64,000 nucleotides of DNA from positions 41,783,555 to 41,847,554 of the forward strand of contig NC_057713.1 in the NCBI RefSeq assembly GCF_004010195.1, in the 5' to 3' direction. This DNA is from Chiloscyllium plagiosum (taxonomy: Eukaryota). Positions 14,450 to 26,885 of the stretch are shown here, piece after piece; within the stretch, counting starts at the first letter, position 1, and each line of letters starts with the position of its first letter. Below the pieces are notes generated by a model. That model was given only the letters and a program-made list of their open reading frames with translations. It did no database searches and was not told where the DNA came from. A program made the translations under genes and the position numbers.

Positions 14450-16180
14450 ATAAGAAAATCAGAAATAGGAACAAGAGCAGCCCCTCAAGCTGTAGGATCA
14501 TAGCTGATCCACCAGAGGCTATAAACCTTCTTTCTTTCCAGTTCCTCAAAACCCTCAACTCCTCAATATTTCAAAAATCTGTTGACTTATTCTTTAAACA
14601 CTTCTAGTCATCTAACCTCTACAACTGTTTAGAGTTGAGAATTCCAGCCATTCACTACCCTCTGTGAGAAGAAATTCCTTCACCTCTCAGGGTGGATTTA
14701 TTTTGTAACCACATTCACGTGTTGAAACATCTTCTTCACATCCAGGCTGTTAAGCCTCCTGTAAATCTTGAATATTTAAATCACCCCCATTCTTCTAAAC
14801 TCTAATGAATAAAGGTCTAACATGGTTATCTGTTCTTAATGCCAATTTCTTCATCCAAGGAATAGGCCTACTGACCCTCTTTTGACCTACCTCCAATGTC
14901 AGTACATCCTTTCTTAAATACAGAGACCAAAACTGAATATAGTATTCCAAGTGCTGCCTCACAAACATCTTGCACAATTCTAATCGGACTTTCTATTTTT
15001 AAACTGCAAACCTCAGACAATAAAAGCCAAAATTCTATTTGCCTTCTTGATTATTTGCTGTACTTGCATGCTGATATGTTTTGTATTTCATTCACAAGAA
15101 CAGCCACATTTGGCTGTGCTGCAGTTTGTGGCAGGCTCTCTCCATTCCCTACATGAAACTCCATCTCCATCTGTCATGTTTTTGTCCACACACATAACTT
15201 ACATATATCTCTTTACAGGCTCCTTATCTCCTTATCATAGCATGTACTCCCCCCAATTTCTCTATCATCAGCAAATCTGGATACATTACACCCTCCCCCT
15301 CCTTCAACTCATTAATGTAGATAGTAAATAATTGAGGGCCTGGAATAGATCTTTGTGGAACACTACGACTTACATATTTCCAACATGAAAAAGGCCCATT
15401 AATTTCAATTCTTGTTTTCTGTGTGTTAATCAATCCTCAGTCAATACTAATACATTACTCCTGATATGGTGAGGTCCTATCTTGTGAAATAAACTTTTAT
15501 GTAGAACATTAACAAATTCCTTCTGGCAACCCAAATGCGCTACATCGAATCATGGAGGTGTACATCATGGAAACAGACCCTTCAGTCCAAATTGTCCATG
15601 CCGACCAGATATCCTAACCTAAGCTAATCCTATTTGCCAGAATTTAGCCCACATCCCTCTAAACCCTTCCTATTCATATACCCATCCAGATGCCTTTTAA
15701 ATGTCCTAGTCTCCACCACTTCCTCTGGCAGCTTATTCAAAACACGCACCACCCTCTGCATAAAATTAGCCTCTTAGGTCCCTTTTAAATCTTTCCCCTG
15801 TCACCCTAAACCTATGCCCTCTAATTCTGGACTCCTCCAGCACAGGGAAAATACCTTGTCTTTTTATCCTATCTATGCCCCTCATGATTTGATAAACCTC
15901 GATAAGGTCATCCCTTAGCCTCTGAAGCTCCAAGGAGAACATTCCCAGCCTATTCAGCCACTCCTTATAGTTCAAACCCTGGCAACATTCTTGTAAATCT
16001 TTTCTGAACGGTTTCAATCTACTGGTCTCCTTTATCAACTGCTTGCTCTATCTTCAAAGAACTCTGGAAAATTTGTCAAACATGATTTCCCTGTCATGAA
16101 AATATGTTGACTCTTGTTTGATTGTGTTAAGCTTTTCTAAATGTTCTTATTTCTTCTTTAGACTCTAGAAGATTTCCAAC
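14450..16180 (-). mobile_element. Older CR1 interrupted by a younger CR1 3' end (~15548-16020)
   Basis: HLEYYIQFWS..LRKD, SVPQRSI.GPQLFTIYIN and RGHRFRV.GERFKRDLRG motifs. Confidence 0.8.
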
Positions 16181-16916
16181 AACAGTGTGGTCACCCATTT
16201 GACCACTCTAGTCAAGTCCTTAAGCTTTCTCAACATTACAGTCTTGTCAGCATGACATCCTGGATCATGCCATCTGCTCACCCTCCCTTCTGTGAAGGTT
16301 TCATGTCATTGGTACAATGAGGGCACCTCTCCTGGCCTCCAGAATAGCCCAATCCCTGGAGCACTGCAACATTCCTTTCAGTAGAGACTTCAACAGGAAT
16401 TATCTATGAACCTTCACTTCATTCATGCAGTTGTACTATTATAGGAACTGCTCCTTTAGAAATTAAAGCAGCCTGGTACATTGTTTGCTTGCTATGCCAT
16501 TTAAACCCCTGTGGTTTGCATAAGCTGTCAACAGTTTTATGGAGAGAAATGCCACACAGGATCTAGTCTGGGCTGTACTACAATTGTTCAAATTAGGTCT
16601 CAAAGCTCTATCATGATCAGTGTAGGCATGCCAAGGATTACAGTTTCAACTTTCAAACATAGAAATAAACTACCGTCTACCATAATATAGTTTACTGAAA
16701 AAATATAACTTGAACACAAGACTTTTCCATGTTTTCAACCATGTTTTCAGTAGTATCAATAGTTGGCCATTTACTTCATTTTTCTTTCTGACAACATTCA
16801 TTCAAAAAGAAAGTACCCATTAATGATCAATCTATAACTCATAAAAAAGTTTAAATGATATTTAATATAAAAATTTGCATTGCTAATATATGAGAATGTT
16901 GGTAAGTATTACGTAC

Positions 16917-17016
16917 AGTTTTGCAGAAACGTCTGGCGTAGAGAAAGATGGGGCAGTATTATAACACGGCTCACACTTTGCTTCTTTTAATGGTGGTCCA
17001 TTAATATGCCTTTCCA
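16917..17016 (-). CDS. TMEM67: TMEM67 coding exon 4
   Basis: ccttttaag|(V)ERHINGPPLKEAKCEPCYNTAPSFSTPDVSAK-CT|gtacgt; matches human ERDINGTLLSQATCELC. 100 bp, phase 1 to 2. Confidence 0.93.
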
Positions 17017-18159
17017 CTTAAAAGGAATAAAAATTCCATATTAAACAATTTTAATTGTAATATGTTCTTGAGTATAAATAGTTTGGATCATTACGATTAA
17101 GTTCACCCAAACTTTAAAAATGTCAGTTTCCCATCAGAGTTGCAGTCATAAATAACACCACATAAATATAGAACTCTTAGCTCAGTAAAATAATACTCCT
17201 TTAATGCAATAGCCAGAGTTTAAACATTGTCAACAAGCACAATATATAGTTAGCATGTTTTCACTAAAATATTAAATAGCTGTAACAAAGCAAGCAGTTT
17301 AAACTACTTGTATAAAATTATCCAATGTTCTCATCTGATGCTCAAAGTCATAATTCAGTCCATTGCCTAACCTGTTAAAAGTGTCGATGTACATACTGAC
17401 AATAATGCATTTTAGGATAAATATTTTTGGCATTTCTTTAAAACTTGAAACTAAGAGATTCAGTCACCACTTTCGCGCCATTGCAATTTGGGAGTGAGCA
17501 TATTTAGCAGCAAATTATCTTCTGAGATTAGATATTTTCTGTAAAACTTGAAACAAAGTTCTGGATTGAATGATTATTGTTAGTTTAGCACTATTGAGAT
17601 TCATTAGTCCAGGAATTTGCACTGTTAAGTAAATGAAGAAAAGAAAATCAAAGACATTTGGCAAAATCTTCCATTAGGAAGTGTAGTCCAGCAACAGTCC
17701 TAGAAGCAAGGGTCACTTTCATTTAGGGATTATTGGGTGTTTCTTTTACGCAATCATGGTTCCCAGGTTTAGGTTTTTGCACAAGTGCAACGGCAAATCT
17801 AATGGGGTGGTGTTGAGCTGGCAGGAAGATCTCACCCCATTAGTACATTCTAGCAGTGAGGGTGCTACACTTGAAAGGCACCCAGATGGCAATTACTCAC
17901 TGCAAACAAGGAAGATCAACTAGCCTGTGTTAATTTAAAGCAACATTATTTAACTTTTTTGTCCTATTCAACCTGTTCAGTGATTTTATCAAACAAAAAT
18001 TTGCCTTATTAAAATCATCATTTTCCAAATTCTCACAATATTTACTCTCTATTTAGCTCTATCTATCTGAGAAAGGATATTATTGGCAACAATCCATATG
18101 TTTGAGCTGGGCCGTTAGCAGTACCGTCCTCTCTGAAATAAGCCTTTCTCTCTTACAAT

Positions 18160-18730
18160 CAGAGAGCATGGATACAGACCCTTCGGTCCAACTAGTCCAT
18201 GCCAACTATGTTCTCAAACTAAACTCGTCCCATTTGCCTGCATTTGGCCCATATCACTCAAAATCTTTCCTATTAATGTATTTATTCAAATGCCTTTTTA
18301 ATGTTATAATTCTATCAGCATTCACCACTTTCTCTGGCAGTTCATTTCACACATGAATCACTGTCTATGTAAAAGTGTTGCCTCTTTTCAAATCTTTCTC
18401 CTCTCACCTTAAAAATATGCCCCTAGTTTTAAACTCATCTACTATAGGAATAGAGTCTATTCAATAGACCCTTGCTATTCATGTTACCTATGCCTCTCGT
18501 TTTATAAACCTCTATAAGGCCACTCGTCAACCTCCTATGTTTCAGTGAAAAATGGCTGGCCTATGCAGCCTATTTTTAGAACTCAAATCCTCCATACCGG
18601 GAAGTAACTGCTAAGTCTTTTCCGAACCATCTCCAACTTAGTAAGATGTTTCTGATAGGAGGGCAATCAAAACTGCACACTGTACTCCACAAGAGGCCAA
18701 AATAATGTCCTGTACAACCTCAACATGACA
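18160..18730 (-). mobile_element. CR1 3' fragment
   Basis: Reverse complement of the CR1 3' end seen at ~1700-2280. Confidence 0.8.
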
Positions 18731-19177
18731 ACTTGTGAAATTGCACACTTCTTAGGTTCAAATTTAATCACTGAATCTTAGAATTGAACCGTTGACGATC
18801 TTATTCCTATTATACAGTTCACCAGCCGGCTTCTCAAGCTGGTTCCCACATTATTAAATTTGATCTAGTTTTTCTTAGCAAAGACTAGTATGCAAGGGCA
18901 AGCATCTTTTCCTAGGGATGCCCTTTAAGTAGTATCCAGTGAACTGTTTTGGGACCTTTGTACATTCTGCCATACGTAAGTGGTCTTCCAAACAATTTTT
19001 TTAAAAAAAGTGTAATTATTTGCAGATGACCGTGTGGTTTATGAATTAGTGAAAAATGCAAAATGATCTTCTGGAAATGCAAATATGGGAGGGCAAATCG
19101 GAAACGGCATTCGATGGCTCTAAATTTGTAATCAAATTCTCCAGTAGATAGATGCACAATCAGACTTGATGGTTTAT

Positions 19178-19675
19178 AGAGTCATGGAGTCATAAAAATG
19201 TACAGCACGGAAACAGACCCTTCGGTCCAACTCGTCCATGCCGACTGGATATCCTAACCCAATGTAATACCATCTGCCAGCATCCGGCCCATATCCCTCC
19301 AAACCCTATTCATATACCTATCCAGATGCCTGTTAAATGCTGCAATTGTACTAGCCTCTACCACTTCTTCTGGCAGCCCATTGCACACATGCACCACCTA
19401 CTGCGTGAAAAAGTTGACCCTGAGGTCACTTTTATATCTTAACCCTCTCATCCTAAACCTATGCCCTCTAGTTCGGGACTCCCCCACCCCAGGGAAAAGA
19501 TCTTGTCTATTTATCCTATCCATGCCCTTCATGATTTTATAAACCTCTATAAGGTCACCCATCAGCCTCCAATACTCAAGGGAAAACAGCCCTAGCCTAC
19601 TCAACCCCTCCCTATAGCTCAAATCCTGGCAACATCCTTGTAAATCTTTTCTAAGCCCATTCAAGTTTCACAACA
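19178..19675 (-). mobile_element. CR1 3' fragment
   Basis: GDLIEVYKIMKGMDR..RGHRFR..NFFTQ plus the microsatellite tail. Confidence 0.85.
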
Positions 19676-19929
19676 TGAAAACCATCTTCAATGAGGATTC
19701 CACGTTTATCAGGTAGTATCTGAAACAAACGGATTCATGTATTTCTGAGGAGGAACTTTTGGTACTGGAACAAAAATATTATTGAGTTGTTGTTATGAAA
19801 CATTTTGTTGTCTAAACCTGGTATAACCAAATGGTATGTGGGATTCCCGTTTGATGAGAAATATCAATAAGGTTGTGGTGATCCAAAGACGTGCTGCACA
19901 AATCAGAACTGGAAACACACTAACATCAC

Positions 19930-20125
19930 AGAGTCATAGAGTCATACAGCATGGAAACAGACCCTTTGGTCCAACTTGTCCATGCTGACCAAGTTTCCCA
20001 AACTGAACTATTTTGGGTTTGTCTGCGTTTAGCTCATATCCTTCTAAACATTTCCTATCCATGTACTTGTCCAAATGTCTTTTAAATGTTGCATCTGCAC
20101 TGGCCTCTACCACTTCTTCTGGCAT
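19930..20125 (-). mobile_element. CR1 3' tail fragment
   Basis: PEEVVEA..TFKRHLDKYM plus the (TCATAGAG) tail. Confidence 0.8.
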
Positions 20126-20260
20126 ACGTGATCAGAGCTTTGAAATAGAAGTCACTACAACAATGGAGGTAGTAAAGTATCATGATCAAAGTTTGTGAGA
20201 AGATTTGTAGTTTGGGTGATCGTTGTTGTGGCTCTGTTCACTGAGCTGGGAATTTGTGTT

Positions 20261-20300
20261 GCAGACGTTTCGTCCCCTGTCTAGGTGACATCCTCAGTGC
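20261..20300 (-). ncRNA. Minimal type-I hammerhead ribozyme motif, apparently intact
   Basis: Exact reverse complement of 21831-21870. Confidence 0.85.
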
Positions 20301-21830
20301 TTGGGAGCCTCCTGTGAAGCGCTTCTGTGTTGTTTCCTCCGGCATTTATAGTGGTTTGTCTCTGCCGCTTCCGGTTGTCAGTTCCAGCTGTCCACTGCAG
20401 TGGCCGGTATATTGGGTCCAGGTCCATGTGTTTGTTGATAGAATCTGTGGATGAGTGCCATGCCTCCAGGAATTCCCTGGCTGTTCTCTGTTTGGCTCAT
20501 CTGTTTGCATCATCTCCACACACATGCAGATGGCAAGCAACATGAATTCGACTGGGACAACACTACTATTATAGGACAAGCCAAACAGAGAACAGCCAGG
20601 GAATTCCTAGAGGCATGGCACCCGCCCACAGATCCAATCAATAAGCACATCGACCTGGACCCAAAATACCGATCACTGCAGCGGACAGCTGGAACTGACA
20701 ACCGAAAGCAGCAGATTCAAACCACAACAAATGCTGGAGGAAAGATCACAGAAGCNNNNNNNNNNNNNNNNNNNNNNNNNNNNNNNNNNNNNNNNNNNNN
20801 NNNNNNNNNNNNNNNNNNNNNNNNNNNNNNNNNNNNNNNNNNNNNNNNNNNNNNNNNNNNNNNNNNNNNNNNNNNNNNNNNNNNNNNNNNNNNNNNNNNN
20901 NNNNNNNNNNNNNNNNNNNNNNNNNNNNNNNNNNNNNNNNNNNNNNNNNNNNNNNNNNNNNNNNNNNNNNNNNNNNNNNNNNNNNNNNNNNNNNNNNNNN
21001 NNNNNNNNNNNNNNNNNNNNNNNNNNNNNNNNNNNNNNNNNNNNNNNNNNNNNNNNNNNNNNNNNNNNNNNNNNNNNNNNNNNNNNNNNNNNNNNNNNNN
21101 NNNNNNNNNNNNNNNNNNNNNNNNNNNNNNNNNNNNNNNNNNNNNNNNNNNNNNNNNNNNNNNNNNNNNNNNNNNNNNNNNNNNNNNNNNNNNNNNNNNN
21201 NNNNNNNNNNNNNNNNNNNNNNNNNNNNNNNNNNNNNNNNNNNNNNNNNNNNNNNNNNNNNNNNNNNNNNNNNNNNNNNNNNNNNNNNNNNNNNNNNNNN
21301 NNNNNNNNNNNNNNNNNNNNNNNNNNNNNNNNNNNNNNNNNNNNNNNNNNNNNNNNNNNNNNNNNNNNNNNNNNNNNNNNNNNNNNNNNNNNNNNNNNNN
21401 NNNNNNNNNNNNNNNNNNNNNNNNNNNNNNNNNNNNNNNNNNNNNNNNNNNNNNNNNNNNNNNNNNNNNNNNNNNNNNNNNNNNTACATAGGACAAACAG
21501 GAAGACAGCTAACGATCCGTATCCATGAACACCAACTAGCCACGAAACGCCACGACCAGCTATCCTTAGTAGCCAATCACGCAGATGACAGGCAACATGA
21601 GTTCGACTGGGACAACACTACTATTATAGGACAAGTCAAACAGAGAACAGCCAGGGAATTCCTAGAGGCATGGCACTCATCCACAGATTCTATCAACAAA
21701 CACATCGACCTGGACCCAATGTACCGGCCACTGCAGTGGACAGCTGGAACTGACAACCAGAAGCGGCAGAGGCAAACCACTATAAATGCCGGAGGAAACA
21801 ACACAGAAGCGCTTCACAGGAGGCTCCCAA

Positions 21831-21870
21831 GCACTGAGGATGTCACCTAGACAGGGGACGAAACGTCTGC
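21831..21870 (+). ncRNA. Minimal type-I hammerhead ribozyme motif, apparently intact
   Basis: GCA-CTGAGGA-T-GTC(ACCTAGACAGGG)GAC-GAA-ACGT-C-TGC. Stem I GCA/TGC, full core, stem II GTC/GAC plus CCT/AGG, palindromic ACGU stem III, GUC triplet. Predicted cut after 21867. Confidence 0.85.
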
Positions 21871-24578
21871 AACACAAATTCCCAGCTCGGTGAACAGAAC
21901 CACAACAAGTATCATGATCAATAAAATATGGAATAGACTGGTGGAAATTGAGAAACACAAGTACTTAGTACCTCCAGCAATGACGAAACATGAAGTATCC
22001 ATTCATACAATCTACAAAGACCATTTGTTTCCAAGACCATGTATCAACAATCTTTCTTCCCAAGAGCAATTCGGCAGTTTAACGATAACATATTACTGAA
22101 GAAACTCAGCAGGTCTGACAGTATCTGTGGAGAGAGGCAGAATTAATGGACGGGTTCAAAATATTAACTCTATTTCTCTCTCCATAGTTGAGATCAGCTG
22201 AGTTTGTCTCACATTTTATGCTTTTATTTCAGATTTCCAACATCTGCAGCGTTTTGTTTTCACAGCAGTGGAACAAGCTGACAAAGGAATTTGTCACAGT
22301 CCCATCACTTCAAATCTTCAAGACCCATCGTTCGATTGTTTCTATTGGAAGGCTTTCATCATCAACATTACCACCATTTCAGCAGAATGCATCTGTTTTA
22401 GCTAGTATAATCTATATTAATGTTAGTAGAACATGGATAGTAGTCTGCCATAACACAACTAAAGCAGAAGCAGAAAGCAGACAACCTTGCTCATTGCTCA
22501 CTCTTTTCTAGAGTTGACCTATATTAGTTCCAGGTCAGGCAATGTCTTGATGTTCAAATTGCCATCTTCTTTTCCAGATCCTATCATGGCCTCACAACTT
22601 CCTAACTCTGTATTCTCATTCAGTCACTCACCCCCAGTAAAATCTAACTTGTCCAATTACAACCTTAAAAATATCCCCATTTTTAACTGTTCTAACATTG
22701 CTGACCGAGCAGTTAGCTGTGTCTGGACCAGCAACTGGAACTCCTTCTCCCAACCATTCTACGTCTCTACCTTTCATTTATTCTTTAAAATATTGTTTAA
22801 CTTTTAACTTATATCAGGTTTTGGTCATCTGACTAATATTTCCATCTGTAACTTGGGGCCATATATTTTTAATTTGTTAATGTGATGTGGTCATCACTGG
22901 TTAAGCCAGCATTTATTGCCCATTTCTCATTGACCTTGAGAAGATGGTGATATTGTGTTTTGTAACATTCTTGTGAAGCACTTTCGGAATTTATATTTTG
23001 CAAAAACAGAGCAGTGGACAGAGAAGTTATGACAAGTGATACTTGAGCAATGATAAGCTAGATAAGAATGAATCGTATGCAACAGTCTAGAATGTTGATA
23101 AGAGTCATTTCAATACTATGGCAAGGGTGGAAACCTGATTGGACAAATTCAAACTTAGAGTTCTGAGAAAGCTGGGCATGGATTTGGGAAGAATCAGTAA
23201 GTTCATGGACACTGGACAGGAAAGGAATATGTAGGTGGGGAGGTTGTCATAGTTTGCAAGTGGTGGAATCAAGGGTTTTTTGAGGAAATAAGTGATGCTA
23301 TCAGATACCAAGGAGAGAAAGAGTCACCATCTAAAAAAGAGAATAAAATTGGCTAGCATGAGGAGCAATGGTCAGCAATTAAGTCAGAATAATGTCAACA
23401 GAGTTCAGCGTTGGTATGCGGGAAGGTTGTAGAAAAAAATTGAGAAAGTCACAAGTTCAGGGCCAGGAAAATAGAAACTTTTACAATAAGTTTGAACCAG
23501 TGAACGAGCTTGGACACAGCAGAGACAGTTGATTAAAGGTTATCCAGCTTATTGACAAAACTGCTCATGAGCTTTTTGTACATATTGTTAGATGTGATGA
23601 TCAAGGAGACAAGTGTGAATGGTTTACGAAGACTGTAAGTATAAGAGAAAAGATACAGGGGTTATTTTAGCATTCCAGGGTGATCCTATAATTATGACCA
23701 GTTTCAGAAAAACGAGCAGGACCTTATTGCATTTTATGAGCTCCAATCATATTTAGTGTTGGATGAAAAACTATTTGTATCTGTATCCATTCAACTCTTT
23801 ATTGCTTAGATTTAAAGAAATAGACATTAGTAATATAGCAGGATGAGAGAGTGGGGAATGATTTTATTGGGTCTATTGTGTATCAAGGCTAAGGTGGGTG
23901 TGTGGTTAAACAAATTAATAGCTACAGAAATACTGTAATGAATGGAAGGCCAAAGGCAGACAACTGGAACTTTGAAAGTGTAGTTCTAAGTGAATTCAGC
24001 AAGTCTTTTTCAAGTGTCAGACTCATTATAACGGCATTGGGGCAGGGTGGGAGTGAAAGGCATTTAGTGACATATGGAAAAAAAAGAGTCGACTTTACTT
24101 GTTACTGATAACACAGTGTAGCAGGTCCGTGTGAGATGAGAACATCAAAGAGGGTGGCCACGAATATGGGCTGAAGAATTTGCATGGAATTTTGAGATGA
24201 CCCAGAGAAAAGAGAACAGATTTTTTCATGAACAATAGTGTCAAAGATGATAAAGGTAGATGGGAATATGAAGTCACAATCAGATCATCCATAATCTAAT
24301 TGAATGATATTGAGGGACCAAATGACTTACTCCTGTTCCTAATTCTTATGTTCATGAACATAGTGAGGTTGAGAGGATGTTGAATTCGCTGAGAATGAGA
24401 AGTGATTCAATGCAGAGGACAAAGGGAGAGAATTTTTATTGTACTTTGGAATGGTGGTAGAAAACGATGATTTTGTCTAAGAGTTAAGAAGAAAATGTCA
24501 GCAGTATAGGGGCTTAGCTGGGGTGATATTTGATGATAAGCACCATGAGGACATTGTGATAGACTTGACAGGGTAAGT

Positions 24579-24837
24579 AAGATTAGATGAGATTACATTA
24601 CAGTGTGGAAACAGGCCCTTCGGCCCAACAAGTCACACCGACCCGCCGAAGCGCAACCCACCCATATCCCTACATTTACCCCTTACCTAACACTACGGGC
24701 GAGCACCCGGAGGAAACCCACGCAGACACGGGGAGAACGTGCAAACTCCACACAGTCAGTCGCCTGAGGCGGGAATTGAACCCGGATCTCTGGCGCTGTG
24801 AGGCAGCAGTGCTAACCACTGTGCCACCGTGCCACCC
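24579..24837 (-). mobile_element. HE1-type (V-SINE) tRNA-derived SINE
   Basis: Minus head GGGTGGCACGGTGGCACAGTGGTTAGCAC..GGGTTCAATTCCC (A/B boxes); V-domain-like GAGTTTGCACGTTCTCCCCGTGTCTGCGTGGGTTTCCTCC; CR1-like tail. Confidence 0.88.
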
Positions 24838-25179
24838 ACGGTGGGGGATTAATCAGATGGGGTGGCTTAATTGAGGAAAAGGTACCACACTGCAATCAGA
24901 CTACTATCAATACTATGATGTGACAATGTGTGAGGCAACAAAAAAATCAACAGTTGTGCAGAACATGGTTCATGGATGATATCGGAGAAAAGATTTATTC
25001 TATATGACAAAGAGCTGCTGGAGCTTGATTCCACAATAATTAGGAGTCTCAACTTCATCAGTACAATGCTCTAGAACTTTTCTTCTTTTAAAGAAAGAAA
25101 AACAAACCATGTTTTAATTCCTAATATTAGCACAAAGGAAAAATATTTCCATCTCACAGTACCATAATGCAACACATAC

Positions 25180-25276
25180 CCAGGATGTATCCTGGTAGAC
25201 ACTGACATTTTCCATGATTGTCTACACTGGCACCTGGGGGACATCTAATACAGCTCCATCCATCGTGGGTGACTGC
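25180..25276 (-). CDS. TMEM67: TMEM67 coding exon 3
   Basis: ttttcaag|AVTHDGWSCIRCPPGASVDNHGKCQCLPGYIL-G|gtatgt; matches human GVTEDGWNCISCP..GKCHCPIGHIL. 97 bp, phase 0 to 1. Confidence 0.95.
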
Positions 25277-26334
25277 CTTGAAAATAATTACAATAATTAC
25301 TAAAATATATTTTAAACAATTATACAGCCATGTCAAAAAAAATGAACTGTCAAAATGCATTTATGGAATTTATACATGTATATTGCTTTTGCCCTATATT
25401 TTAGAGATTCCTCCTTAAATGTCTTGCCTTTTCCATCTTTCCATTCTTTTAAGGTGGTTTTTATGGGAAACAAAAATGGGCTCTGTAGGCTTTTTTGGAC
25501 TCATAACGCCTCTTCAGTTTCTTCTAAAGGGGTTTGTTCAGACACAATCATGGTGATTTTACCCCTGTGCTGTCATTTTGAACCTCCAATGTAAACCTAT
25601 ATCATGTATTAAAATGTCACACAGTCAGGCATGCATTAATCAGCATGGAGTGCAACCAGCACTGCCTAACGTTGTTATGAATTACCTACAGATTAGTTGC
25701 TGAGACCTTATTCTAAGCTGCAATAGATTCCAATCTTCAGACATTCCAATCTGCTATCTAGAAATGGCTAAACATGCAGGGCACAGTAAGGACTGTGGGA
25801 CAGGCAACATTGTCTAGTACAGAACAACCTCGATTATCTGAACAAGACGGGTGGGGAGCATTTTGTTCAGATAACTGATTGTTCGGATAACTGATCTCAT
25901 CATAAACAAAGGAAGCCATACTGAACATAATTACACATTTACAGAGTCTTTATTTCATTCAATCGATAAAATGTGTACAAACACTGGATATTGCTTAAAA
26001 ATTCTTGATATTTTACTAATAAAATCACTTTTTGGCTAGAGTTTGACTGAAGTCTGTGAAATTTTTCGCTGACATTTTCCTCGGTTTTATCCCAGTCCTC
26101 AAAAGCAGCCGGCATTGGTATTGACAATTGTGCTGTAATACTAGCCATCTCTTTGGCCAAACTGTTCTAGTACAGCTTCTACACAGATGTCTGCCTGACA
26201 ATAGCGAAGATTGCCAAGACATGTACAATCCCAAAAAGTAAGACAAATTGACCAATCATCCAATCAGCCTGCTCTTGATCATCAGCAAACTGTTGAAAGG
26301 TGTTCAAATCAACTAGGAGAAAGTGAGGACAGTA

Positions 26335-26520
26335 GATGCTGTAGATCAGGTTCGAGAGTGGGGTGTTGGAAGAGCACAGCAATTCAGGCAGCATCTAAGG
26401 AACAGGAGAATTGACCTTTCAGGCAAGAGCCCTTCATCAGGCTCTTGCCCAAAACGTCAAATATCCCGCTCCTTAGATGCTGCATGACCCGCTGTGCTTT
26501 TCCAGCACTCCACTCTTGAC
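26335..26520. repeat. Fold-back PLE terminal-repeat pair with a degenerate hammerhead (minus, 26411-26441)
   Basis: Inverted arms ~26353-26430 and ~26441-26518. Minus strand reads CTGATGA-A-GGGC-TCTT-GCCT-GAAAGGTC. Confidence 0.75.
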
Positions 26521-26747
26521 TGTTGAAAGGTGTCGTTGATAGTATTATCAAGCACCACTTACTCAACAACAACCTCTTCATCAATGGTTAATTTGTGTTC
26601 TACCCATTTATGTCCAGAAATTATCATAGTTTTGGCTCATACATGAACTAAAGACTTGAATTCCACAGGTGAAGACAGATTAACTGTGCTTGACATCAAC
26701 ACGAAATGAAAATGAACACAAGATATCAGATTTCAGATAAAATATCA

Positions 26748-26885
<138 letters not shown>

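Larger units (their letters stand above)
20190..21906 (+). mobile_element. Penelope-like element: GIY-YIG endonuclease C-terminus, tandem 3' repeats plus an inverted 5' copy, 15-bp TSD; contains gap 20756-21484
   Basis: Frame 21485-21850 is open: YIGQTGRQLTIRIHEH..HEFDWDNTTIIGQ..REFLEAWHS..INKHIDL..STEDVT*. Direct repeat AAGTATCATGATCAA at 20175-20189 and 21907-21921. Confidence 0.9.

Noticed and set aside
20451-21576. Long ORFs (259-346 aa) in the ORF track
   Set aside because: They are artefacts of translating through the N gap; the same applies to the ORFs at 45885-46489.
24720-24837. tRNA-like sequence
   Set aside because: It is the head of an HE1 SINE, not a tRNA gene; the same applies to ~28210-28283 and ~34377-34445.
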